Positions 9,485 through 18,598 of a DNA stretch of 64,000 nt are shown here, piece after piece. Under the pieces are notes generated by a model, which worked only from the letters and a program-made list of their open reading frames with translations, had not been told where the DNA came from and searched no databases. The position numbers and the translations under genes were made by a program. The DNA lies in the sequence record MN047793.1. One strand, given 5' to 3'. Numbering within the stretch: position 1 is the stretch's first letter; each line of letters begins with the position of its first letter.

Positions 9485-10228
9485 TTATTTATCCAACGGC
9501 TTCGGACCCTTGATGATTTCGTAGAGAGTCTTCGCATCATTAATATCTTCAATAGGTTTTGGTATAGATTTCATCTCAAGTATTTCTTCAGAATGACCAC
9601 GAATGAAATTAACCCATTTGTCATCTTTAAGTCCCGAATGATCGAGTAATGCTTGATAAATTTGAGGTTTTTTGAATGAACCACCAGCAATACCATCCGC
9701 GTTACGATATTCAACCTTCTTACCTTTGATAATAGGTGGATACACCATAGCTGCTGCTTGTTGTTTAACTTCGGTAGGTTGAAGGATTGATAATTTAGCG
9801 TAATACCAGTCAACGTTTAAGGGGAGCCACTGATTCAACGTATGACGTAATGTTGTACCGAATGTGACTAAATCGATTAAAGGACCGGCTGCGGAAGAAT
9901 AACTATAACCTTCGATAGCGATATGCCAATGTCTGTCGATCTTAGAAACGACATTGGATCGTTCGTTCGCGATAATATCAGTTTTTATATCGTTCGCGAT
10001 AGCGGTATATTGTAGGAATTTAAGAATTTCTAAATTGCTATGACTATCAGTTTTAGGAATATCTGGATATACACGGATGGTAACTCCTTGATCTTCGCAT
10101 TCTTTAAACCAACGTTTAAGTTCACCTTTTTTAGTATGTGCGACGCCTTCCGTAGTGTATACGTACTTGACATCATTTACTACCATGGCGGTACAACTTA
10201 AGGATGGGTCAATAGCAACAAAATTCAT
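9485..10228 (-). CDS. RuvC-like Holliday junction resolvase (RNase H fold)
   Basis: VAIDPSLSCTA, IAIEGYSY, and EDINDA acidic catalytic motifs. Confidence 0.75.
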   Translation of the reverse strand: MNFVAIDPSLSCTAMVVNDVKYVYTTEGVAHTKKGELKRWFKECEDQGVTIRVYPDIPKTDSHSNLEILKFLQYTAIANDIKTDIIANERSNVVSKIDRHWHIAIEGYSYSSAAGPLIDLVTFGTTLRHTLNQWLPLNVDWYYAKLSILQPTEVKQQAAAMVYPPIIKGKKVEYRNADGIAGGSFKKPQIYQALLDHSGLKDDKWVNFIRGHSEEILEMKSIPKPIEDINDAKTLYEIIKGPKPLDK

Positions 10229-10473
10229 TAGTAAATCCTTGGAACATTAGGAGGCTTAGCGGCCTCATCTTTCAATCGTTTTTCAATAAATGCGTAAGCA
10301 CGTTGTCTTTCATGAAAAGTAGTTTCGAATACATCTTCGTACTGAATACCACCTCTCATAAACCATGATAATTCCCAGGCTTCATCTACAATCTTTGTTC
10401 TGGAATCCATCAAATCCCGATAAACTTTAGCTATTAAGGCTGAGTCTTTGGACTTGATGGCCGAATAAAAAAA
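10228..10473 (-). CDS. gp51-like baseplate/tail assembly chaperone ORF, probably reached by -1 frameshift from the upstream gene
   Basis: LSWFMRGGIQYEDV..ER motif; frame is open back to the T7 run at 10467-10473. Confidence 0.6.
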   Translation of the reverse strand, partial: FFYSAIKSKDSALIAKVYRDLMDSRTKIVDEAWELSWFMRGGIQYEDVFETTFHERQRAYAFIEKRLKDEAAKPPNVPRIY

Positions 10474-11318
10474 GCGGTAGGATTCAATTCTGTGGATAGT
10501 TCATTTACGTGACCGCATTTAGTACATGCTACCTTATAGTTAAATGATGGACCCCAATCCTGAATATCCTTAATCTTGTCCATGATTAATTGAGTATCTG
10601 CACGAGGAAGAGTATCTAACCATTCTCGGATAAACTCTCTATTTTCTTTAGTATCATTTCTTATCGCATCTACTGATTCAATAATTGCGAGCACTGAATC
10701 TAGAATATATGTCCGTAATGTCTCCGGATCATTTAGTGACTCTGGACTGGTTTGCTGCATTATTAAGAATTCTTGAAACGTAATAGGTTTTAGTTTAACT
10801 GTTCGATTATCTGATTCTGTGAGAACAGTAAAGGTCGTCTCAATATCGCTAGGGTCAATTTCCTTAGATTCATTAGTGAAATATTCAAGTTGTACACGGG
10901 CTTCTTGCTCATGACCACAATTAGCAACATGTGTGATTTCATTCTTTCCCTTTCCTTTAACCGTAACTTCACCGCCTTTAGGATTTTGGCAAGTAAACTT
11001 TACGTCAATATATGGACCGAATGAGATTCGGCGAAGGTGGGTTAGAATAAAGTCAACGTCCGCAGTTAATAAGTCTAGAGGACGTTTGATTTGCTGCCCA
11101 CAGCGACGGAACACCGTGTCGATAGCTGTCCCTTGGAATAGCATATCAGGGGATTTCATCATGATTTCATCGGTCATGGTCATTGGGTGAAGAATGATTT
11201 CGCCATTGACGACATCATCGGCCAGTTCACCGTTTTTATAGAACATACCTAATGACGGGAGACGAATGGTCTCTCCAGGCATTTTATTAAGACGTGACAG
11301 TAATGGATTGGTGGACAT
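10434..11318 (-). CDS. gp26-like baseplate hub / tail assembly chaperone
   Basis: NPLL..., IRLPSLGMFY, MTMTDEIMMKSPDMLFQG, DVDFIL..LRRISFG, CxxxC...C and CTKCGH Zn motifs; late promoter CTAAATA 11347-11353. Confidence 0.7.
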   Translation of the reverse strand: MSTNPLLSRLNKMPGETIRLPSLGMFYKNGELADDVVNGEIILHPMTMTDEIMMKSPDMLFQGTAIDTVFRRCGQQIKRPLDLLTADVDFILTHLRRISFGPYIDVKFTCQNPKGGEVTVKGKGKNEITHVANCGHEQEARVQLEYFTNESKEIDPSDIETTFTVLTESDNRTVKLKPITFQEFLIMQQTSPESLNDPETLRTYILDSVLAIIESVDAIRNDTKENREFIREWLDTLPRADTQLIMDKIKDIQDWGPSFNYKVACTKCGHVNELSTELNPTAFFIRPSSPKTQP

Positions 11319-11418
11319 GTAAATTCAATTCTCTAAAGGTTTGGACTATTTAGGACACTACCAAAATAGTTATTTGCACGGAAATAAATACTCCATAACA
11401 TATGTAGGTTTATTCCAA

Positions 11419-12180
11419 ATGGCGTCAAATACAAATTACAACTATTCTAATAGTTCAGCCACCAGCAATAATGCTAAGGGTAGTGGTACTAGTGACCCGA
11501 ATCAGGAGTCGCGTGGAGAACTTATTAATGCCCGCGATGCTGCTGATAGGCAGAGCGCTGCTGTGGCTGCTGAAAGAGAATGGATAAAGCAAGTATCTGC
11601 TGCCCCAGTAAGTGATACTAGAAAGAATAATAAAATTCGTCTAGTGAGTACTGCCACTGCAACAGGAAATGGTAAAATCAATACCGGAACTGAACAGATC
11701 ACATTTAACCTGACTCCTGAAATTTCAGAATCTAAACAAGTCATCTATGCCGAAATTGGGGATATTCGACAGGCTGGGTCAATTTTAATTTATGGTGGTT
11801 CACCTAGTCGCCGTTGGTCAGTAAACTCCAAGTTCTTATCTAGAACCGCAGAAGAAGCAGACTCTACCTGGAAAAGTATCCAACTATTAAAAGCATGGGG
11901 TAACCCTGATACTAACTATAAGTATGGTATTGATTCTGGAACACCGTATGTTCTTAAATTATATGGTTACGGTAGAACATGGCAAGGTATCCCTGTAGTA
12001 CTAACTTCAGTTAATGTGGATTATGCTTCTGACGTTGATTTCATTCCTACAGTATATGGTACTAATGTTCCAATAATTCAAACTGTGTCATTCCAATTAA
12101 CTGAAGCTAGAACTCCTGATGATTTATTAGTCAAGTTCGATTTAGAGAAGTTTAAACGCGGTATCCTACCTGAGTGGTAA
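11419..12180 (+). CDS. Tail tube initiator / baseplate-tube junction protein (gp48/gp54/P2 gpU-like)
   Basis: FNLTPEISES..Y...I..Y.GSPSR, LYGYG, PVVLTSVNVDY..DVDFI..VPIIQTVSFQLTE; late promoter AATAAATA 11383-11390. Confidence 0.6.
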   Translation: MASNTNYNYSNSSATSNNAKGSGTSDPNQESRGELINARDAADRQSAAVAAEREWIKQVSAAPVSDTRKNNKIRLVSTATATGNGKINTGTEQITFNLTPEISESKQVIYAEIGDIRQAGSILIYGGSPSRRWSVNSKFLSRTAEEADSTWKSIQLLKAWGNPDTNYKYGIDSGTPYVLKLYGYGRTWQGIPVVLTSVNVDYASDVDFIPTVYGTNVPIIQTVSFQLTEARTPDDLLVKFDLEKFKRGILPEW

Positions 12181-12182
12181 TC

Positions 12183-12542
12183 ATGAAATTCAAACAGTAC
12201 GAAAATAAATCATCCATGCGAAAGAAGAATTCCCGCTACCTACAAGGTGGTGATACGGAAGTATTTCAAGAACGTCTGGGATGGTGGGAGAAACGTACTG
12301 ATATTCCAACTGACCAGTATGATGATATTGTATTCACAATAACCAAGAAATACGAATATCGCCCGTGGTTAGTCGCTAAAATTTTCTTAGGTAAGGAAGA
12401 TTTAGAATGGTTGATTTTGCAATATAATGAAATTGTTGATATAATGGAAGAGTTCGTGGTAGGACGTGAAATTAAGATTCCTTCAAAGAATCGAACCAAT
12501 TTCAGTATTATCATAAAACCGACATTAAGTAGTAAACTATGA
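12183..12542 (+). CDS. gp53-like / LysM-type baseplate wedge protein
   Basis: YEYRPWLVAKIFLG...LEWLILQYNEI.D..EEF..G.EIKIPS motif. Confidence 0.75.
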   Translation: MKFKQYENKSSMRKKNSRYLQGGDTEVFQERLGWWEKRTDIPTDQYDDIVFTITKKYEYRPWLVAKIFLGKEDLEWLILQYNEIVDIMEEFVVGREIKIPSKNRTNFSIIIKPTLSSKL

Positions 12543-14419
12543 GTCTTACACCCCAAGAACAGAATCCATTAACCCGATATCAATCATACGACATTAAACA
12601 TATTATTGTCGGCTTTAGATATTCTGAAGACGCCTGTACGTTTAATATAACGGGAGATGTTGGCGTATCTGGAACTGTATTAGGAGCTACATCTGGTGAT
12701 CGTCGTATGGAGAATACCAAATGTAAAGGTCCGGCTATTGTAATTCTTAATGAGATACAAGACCCGACATTCGTATTGCACCAAGCCCAGACGAATTGGA
12801 AATTCTTTTCTAGTAATAATCCCACAACTGGCTCATATGTCGGATGGATGCAAATTCATGACCGTATAGGAATGTTATTTCATCAAAGACTTCGTAATTA
12901 TTGTAAAACCCTAGGTATGGCCTTGGGTCATATTACATTTTCGTGGAAGACTTTCTTTACAGGAAATCTACCGAATGGTGATAAAGAAACTATTACCATT
13001 AATCCGATGATATTTCATATTACTGATTTTGCGCAATCATTATCATCAGATATTGGCCGTGCTTACCAAATGAGCTTTGTATCATCATATAATACATATG
13101 GTCAGCTTCCGCAATTTTCCAAAATGTTCCAAACGTCATTAACTCACGCAGATGGTAACTTACATAAAGAAATACCATCATCAGAAACGAGTGGCGGTGG
13201 ATTAATGAGTCGCAGACAAGAAGATGCACTAAAATCTGCGGCACGTAAAAATAGGCTAGATAAATCAAAGCCGATGAAGACCCTTCAGGATGTATTTAAC
13301 TCATTACAAACTGAAATGACCCAAGGCGGATATCCGAATAAAATTCAGATTCAAGAATGGCAGGCAGCAGTTAGGCAGAATTACACGAAGAAGTTAATCC
13401 CACCTAAACAGTATCTTCCTGAATTACCTTTAAAGTATTCAATAAAGATTGATGACAAATACTCATCGTATAAAATTGATAATCGTAATTTACCATTTGA
13501 ACAGCCAGAACAGGATCAACGTTTAGAAGGTATTCGTGTTATTCCATTCCATATGGGAACTGATTTATCTTCTGCGATTGATACTATTATGTTGATGTCT
13601 AAATCTGTGAGTAAGGATTACAATTCTCCTACACCAACTGGTTACAGATCAACCACTACAGTATTAAGAACGTGTAGTGGTCAATATAATATTCATACTA
13701 ATATAAACTCGTATAAAGTTCCTATGAACAAGTCTGATGGTACAGATACTGGACCGGGCGATGGGGTTATTGATGGACCGTTAGAATATGTGTATCAGGA
13801 TTCAGAAAAGAAAGGTAGAGATATTATATCAATCAACTATCGTTCTAGCGTAACTCCAATTCAACAGAACATGGAGCAATCAGTAGAGGATGCTGACGAT
13901 ATTGGCGTGGTATATGGTAATCGTGAACCTATTTCAATTCAACGTATGCCACAGAATGATGATGACTTCTTTACATCCGGATATTCAGGTAATCGTGGAT
14001 TTCTTGGAGCATTTGAAATTAATGGACTAGAGAGTGCAGACAGTGCATCTGTAATCAAATCAAATTTGACCCCATCATTAGTAAAACAGGCAACGTCTTA
14101 TGGTATCAAGATTACGGGTAATCCTTATATTATGAATGATATCAACCGTAACCCGTTAGATGTTAAAGAGGATAAGGGTGTTTCTGACGGTGCTAAATGG
14201 TCGTATACGTTATATGATAAAGTTGAATATGTACCAATGTATATGAAGTTAACTATCTATATGCGACCAGAAGCCGCATTAGCAGGGGTAGGGTCTGCGG
14301 ACGTTGACCAAACCTACTTTTATTCTGGACACCTACATATTACCAGTATTACAACATCTTTTATCGGGTCTGCATTTACCCAGACTATCGAAGGCGTTAG
14401 AACAGAAGACACTATTTAA
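12539..14419 (+). CDS. Putative baseplate hub protein (gp27-like position)
   Basis: Synteny between gp53-like and gp5-like genes; C-terminal IKITGNP...FYSGHLHITSITTSF.GS.FTQTIEG beta-strand pattern. Confidence 0.5.
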   Translation: MSLTPQEQNPLTRYQSYDIKHIIVGFRYSEDACTFNITGDVGVSGTVLGATSGDRRMENTKCKGPAIVILNEIQDPTFVLHQAQTNWKFFSSNNPTTGSYVGWMQIHDRIGMLFHQRLRNYCKTLGMALGHITFSWKTFFTGNLPNGDKETITINPMIFHITDFAQSLSSDIGRAYQMSFVSSYNTYGQLPQFSKMFQTSLTHADGNLHKEIPSSETSGGGLMSRRQEDALKSAARKNRLDKSKPMKTLQDVFNSLQTEMTQGGYPNKIQIQEWQAAVRQNYTKKLIPPKQYLPELPLKYSIKIDDKYSSYKIDNRNLPFEQPEQDQRLEGIRVIPFHMGTDLSSAIDTIMLMSKSVSKDYNSPTPTGYRSTTTVLRTCSGQYNIHTNINSYKVPMNKSDGTDTGPGDGVIDGPLEYVYQDSEKKGRDIISINYRSSVTPIQQNMEQSVEDADDIGVVYGNREPISIQRMPQNDDDFFTSGYSGNRGFLGAFEINGLESADSASVIKSNLTPSLVKQATSYGIKITGNPYIMNDINRNPLDVKEDKGVSDGAKWSYTLYDKVEYVPMYMKLTIYMRPEAALAGVGSADVDQTYFYSGHLHITSITTSFIGSAFTQTIEGVRTEDTI

Positions 14420-17355
14420 TGAACATTAGTCCAACCGAAATTGCTGAATCTTTTAAAAAACACTACTCTACTGATGGTAATGGTGATGAATATAAGCCAG
14501 GACTATTTGCAGGATTGACTATGGGTGTGGTTGTCGATACCGATGACCCGTTACAAGCTGGTAGATTAAGAATTTTTTGTCCATCACTGAACGATAATCC
14601 CACTAAGGTTCAACATTTGCCTTGGTCTACATATGTGTCTCCATTTAGCGGTAGCATCAATAATGACCAATATTACCGAGGAACGGACGAAGCTAACGCT
14701 ACTTCTGAGGGAAGTATCCATTATGGCTTCTGGGCTATCCCGGAAATGGGTGCACATGTATTAGTGGGATGTATTGACGGTGATCCCCGCCGACGTTTCT
14801 GGATTGGCTGTATGCCAGAACACCAACAAACGAATACATTATTCCACGGACGTTATAAGTGGAATGATGGCTCAGTTGAAGGACCATTAACTGGTAATAA
14901 TTCAAAAATGCAACCATTGCATAGTAACTTAATGCGTGCATTTGATGACCAAATAGATACTCCTGAATTTAGATCACGTGGTGCAGATTATCAAGCTACT
15001 GCCATTAGTGAAGACGTTGGACAGATTCCTAATAGTGCAATGCGTGATAGCTTAGACCAGCAGTCTGCACAAATTATTGATAACAATCCAGACTCATGGG
15101 AACATGATGCTATGGGTGCACAAGGTTATGACTGGTCAGGATTTAAGCGTCTTGGTAATCACCTAGCTTCACGAGTATTTGGTATGTCTACTCCAGGCAG
15201 TCATGCATTTGTTATGGATGACAGGCCATTCAACCAACGTATCCGTGTACGTTCGACAGCTGGACATCAAATTCTATTAGATGATACTAACGAACGCATC
15301 TATATTTCTACATTTGAAGGTAATAGCTGGGTAGAAATGGATGTTAATGGTAATATTGACATGTATTCTGCTAATCGCATCTCAATGCACGCAGAAAAGG
15401 ATATTAACCTTAATGCTGGTAGTACTATTCGATTATTCGGTCGAGAAGGTGTGCATTTATATGCTGGTACTGATCAATTAACACAAGATGTGTTCGATTA
15501 CGAAACAAATAAGACGGGTAAATTATCACAACCTGTTCTAGCTGATCGACCACAATCGGGCGAAATTCGTATCCATGCTAGTGCTGATCTTCACCTAAAA
15601 TCGGATCAGAACATCCGGACCTTGAGTTTAGTGGATACATTCGTTGAAGCTAATGGTAATTTCTGGGGTAAGGTCGATAAGTCTGCATACCTACAAGTAG
15701 AAACTGATATCAATATAACTACTAATGTGGGCGATTATAATTTAACAGTTAAAAACAATGTCAACGAAACCGTACATGGTAATTCCAAGAGATTTACCTA
15801 TGGTACGTCAGCAGTTGCATCCAATGGACGTGCTGAGGTACTAAGTTTTGAATCTACATTAGATTTAGGATCACAGCAAAGTGTTAATATGAAATCCAGT
15901 AATGGTGACGTTAACGTAGAAGCTCAAGGTAATGGCGGTGGCGGTGGCAACATTTCTGTTCGCAGCCCTAATTCCCAAATGCAAGTTGGTACTGATGGCA
16001 TCAGTGCTATGACAGACTCGAACGTCAAGATGATGGGTGCTGAAAACTTTGAAGTATCTGTAGACCCTTCTGCTACATCCAAATACACTGCACCAGTATC
16101 TGTAGCAGGTATTCCAGAAGTTAGCGGGTGTGATATCGCGGGTGCACCAATTCCATGGAATGGATCACGTCAAACCATCACTGATGAAGAAGCTGTGCGA
16201 GTTGCTTATGGTGCAGGATTCCGTGGTAAAGATTTAGTTATTGCAACAGCTATCATGAAAGCTGAGTCTTCATTAAAAGTATTAGCTACTAATAAGGCAG
16301 CGGCGGATGGTAAATGGGGTGCTACAGTAGGTCTATTCCAGATTCGTACACTAAATGAACCGCAGAATTATACCGGTCTTGACCGTGAGATTCGTGATAA
16401 TAGAAATCGACAACTAGAAAATCCGAATAATAATGCCGCTGCCGCGTATAAAATCTTCACTCAGATGAGTCCTAAAAATGAGTGGTCTGTTGGTAAATGG
16501 GCATCATTAGGAGATGGAAACGTTCAGAAGCACCTTGCGGCAGCATCAATGGTAGTATCACGCCTATGTGGTGGAACGCCAGTGGCCGCACGTATGGCCG
16601 TAATGACAGCAGAAGATTTCACTATCGGGTTTGATGTTGGTGAGGAATCGCTTGTAGCTGTACAGGACGCTGACAATTCAACGTTCAGTATGATGGCGGC
16701 TCGTACCTTCGCTCCTACAGGAAACGCTTCTACGCCATTCTCAGGCTCTTCTCTGCAACTGACTACTGGTCTTGCTAAGTTGCAATCTATTGCTGATATT
16801 GAATTTAAGAGTTTAAGTTCAACATTACAGACATCGTATAACAACCTAGTCAATCAAACTGATGCGGCAATAACACGACTAGATCAATTGTCATTTTGTA
16901 TGGGTACAGTGTTACCGTTAATTAAAACTGGACTGGCATCAGTAAGTAATCCGTTTACATTAGATATCCCGTTCTCATTTGATCTTGGTGATATTGCAGG
17001 GAAAATGTTCCAAGGAATGATGCCACCCCAGTTATCTGCTATTGCTGGAAATATTGACCAGCTAAATGCAAAGATTGCTTCTCTAGGCGGTATTCCAGGG
17101 GTTACTTTACCACTTGATATGTTTAGTGTGGTAGATCAACTTCGGAATAACTCCTTAGCTTTACAAGCGCTAGGATTACCTACGGACCTAAACTTCCCGA
17201 TCAATGGTAAAACGGTCGGAGCAGTGGAAATTCTAACTAAATTGAGTACGGACTTAAAGATTCTTGATATCCCTACTCTGGAACTACCAACATTCCAACA
17301 AGTCGTAGATAAGATTTTCCGCAACAACTCAATTCAACTAACTTTGGATATTTAA
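14419..17355 (+). CDS. gp5/VgrG-like central spike with internal lytic-transglycosylase domain
   Basis: GVVVDTDDPLQAGRLRIFCP OB-fold, GFWAIPEMGAHVLV, STPGSHAFVMDD, RSTAGHQILLDD beta-helix repeats; AIMKAESS...GLFQI SLT-like motif. Confidence 0.85.
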   Translation: MNISPTEIAESFKKHYSTDGNGDEYKPGLFAGLTMGVVVDTDDPLQAGRLRIFCPSLNDNPTKVQHLPWSTYVSPFSGSINNDQYYRGTDEANATSEGSIHYGFWAIPEMGAHVLVGCIDGDPRRRFWIGCMPEHQQTNTLFHGRYKWNDGSVEGPLTGNNSKMQPLHSNLMRAFDDQIDTPEFRSRGADYQATAISEDVGQIPNSAMRDSLDQQSAQIIDNNPDSWEHDAMGAQGYDWSGFKRLGNHLASRVFGMSTPGSHAFVMDDRPFNQRIRVRSTAGHQILLDDTNERIYISTFEGNSWVEMDVNGNIDMYSANRISMHAEKDINLNAGSTIRLFGREGVHLYAGTDQLTQDVFDYETNKTGKLSQPVLADRPQSGEIRIHASADLHLKSDQNIRTLSLVDTFVEANGNFWGKVDKSAYLQVETDINITTNVGDYNLTVKNNVNETVHGNSKRFTYGTSAVASNGRAEVLSFESTLDLGSQQSVNMKSSNGDVNVEAQGNGGGGGNISVRSPNSQMQVGTDGISAMTDSNVKMMGAENFEVSVDPSATSKYTAPVSVAGIPEVSGCDIAGAPIPWNGSRQTITDEEAVRVAYGAGFRGKDLVIATAIMKAESSLKVLATNKAAADGKWGATVGLFQIRTLNEPQNYTGLDREIRDNRNRQLENPNNNAAAAYKIFTQMSPKNEWSVGKWASLGDGNVQKHLAAASMVVSRLCGGTPVAARMAVMTAEDFTIGFDVGEESLVAVQDADNSTFSMMAARTFAPTGNASTPFSGSSLQLTTGLAKLQSIADIEFKSLSSTLQTSYNNLVNQTDAAITRLDQLSFCMGTVLPLIKTGLASVSNPFTLDIPFSFDLGDIAGKMFQGMMPPQLSAIAGNIDQLNAKIASLGGIPGVTLPLDMFSVVDQLRNNSLALQALGLPTDLNFPINGKTVGAVEILTKLSTDLKILDIPTLELPTFQQVVDKIFRNNSIQLTLDI

Positions 17356-17356
17356 T

Positions 17357-18169
17357 ATGGCTAATTGGGAATGGGCACGTGAAACTATGATGCCGGATAG
17401 AAACGGTGAAAAGTCACGTATAACCAATACATTTGCTCAACACATTAACCGTCGCCCCGCTTCAAAGGGCGGCGTCGATGTGTCATATCCGTCAGCCGTC
17501 GCCCCGCCAATTTTTACACCAATCGCAGGTAAGGTAATCTCCGCAGGTACAGATTCATGGAATACGGTAAATATTGTAGATGCTGATGGTAATAAGCACG
17601 GTTTCTTACATATGGCACGTGTTACCGTAAAGGTCGGTGATGACGTAAAGGCTGGCACTCAAGTAGGTAATGAGGGTGGTATGGGACCGGCTGAGCAAGG
17701 CCGTGGAAAGAGTAACACAGCATATACTGCACACTTACATTATCAGATTACTCTTAAATCAACAGGTGGTCGTGTAGACCCTGTAGCATGGTGGAACGGT
17801 GACCAAAACCCTGGAGATGTAAACGAAAGTCCTACATCGGAAGAAATTCCGGGAGATACCCCACCTGATACATCATCGCCACCACCTCCACCGGTAGGTA
17901 CTATTGATGAATATAAACCGAAAGAAGCTGATCCAAGTCAAGCATCATTGACATCATTAGCTGTATGGACTAATAGAATGCCAATGCATGAACCCTGGGC
18001 ACGGGTATTACTTGTCGATACTACAACAAATGAAGCTACTGATAATTATCACCAGAATGTGAATCACAATCCACAAATAGCAGATGACCACACAGCTAAA
18101 ACTTCTGGAATTATCGGTAAACTAGAAGGTGATGAGATTATCCAACGTAATAAATTCTGGCGTCGTTAA
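17357..18169 (+). CDS. M23-peptidase-like tail-tip protein
   Basis: PIFTPIAGKV, FLHM, VKVGDDVKAGTQVG..G, AHLHY..VDP; first HxxxD appears as KGGVD. Confidence 0.75.
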   Translation: MANWEWARETMMPDRNGEKSRITNTFAQHINRRPASKGGVDVSYPSAVAPPIFTPIAGKVISAGTDSWNTVNIVDADGNKHGFLHMARVTVKVGDDVKAGTQVGNEGGMGPAEQGRGKSNTAYTAHLHYQITLKSTGGRVDPVAWWNGDQNPGDVNESPTSEEIPGDTPPDTSSPPPPPVGTIDEYKPKEADPSQASLTSLAVWTNRMPMHEPWARVLLVDTTTNEATDNYHQNVNHNPQIADDHTAKTSGIIGKLEGDEIIQRNKFWRR

Positions 18170-18185
18170 TAGGCTAAATAGGTAT

Positions 18186-18560
18186 ATGACGAAGAACTTA
18201 TACAAGGGTGTATCCTTTCAGAATTTCTCAAAAAATAAAAGCATTAAGCTTTATGATGTTGAGTTAATCAAAAAGGATTTATTGAACAATATCTTTACTC
18301 GCAAAGCAGAGCGGGTGAATATGTTTACCTATGGCACTCGTATTCCGGATATTGTGTTTGAACCATTAGATGAAAGTACGCTAGATGTTATTAACGAAGA
18401 TTTACTTGGTGTAATTCAAAATGAGCCTCGCGTTACTTTGGTTGATATGAGAATAGTACCTCTTTATGACCGTAGCGTAGTTATAGTTAGCTTAGTTTTA
18501 AACTACGTGGAGTTGGATTTTACTGACACTCTTGATGTAAACATTCAGTTTGAAAGCTGA
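18186..18560 (+). CDS. gp25: Baseplate wedge protein gp25-like
   Basis: LIKKDLLNNIFTRKAERV.M..YGTRIPD.VFEPLD, EPRV motif; late promoter GCTAAATA 18173-18180. Confidence 0.88.
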   Translation: MTKNLYKGVSFQNFSKNKSIKLYDVELIKKDLLNNIFTRKAERVNMFTYGTRIPDIVFEPLDESTLDVINEDLLGVIQNEPRVTLVDMRIVPLYDRSVVIVSLVLNYVELDFTDTLDVNIQFES

Positions 18561-18598
18561 TACCTCCAAAATAAATAATGAGAATTGGAAAATAATTA

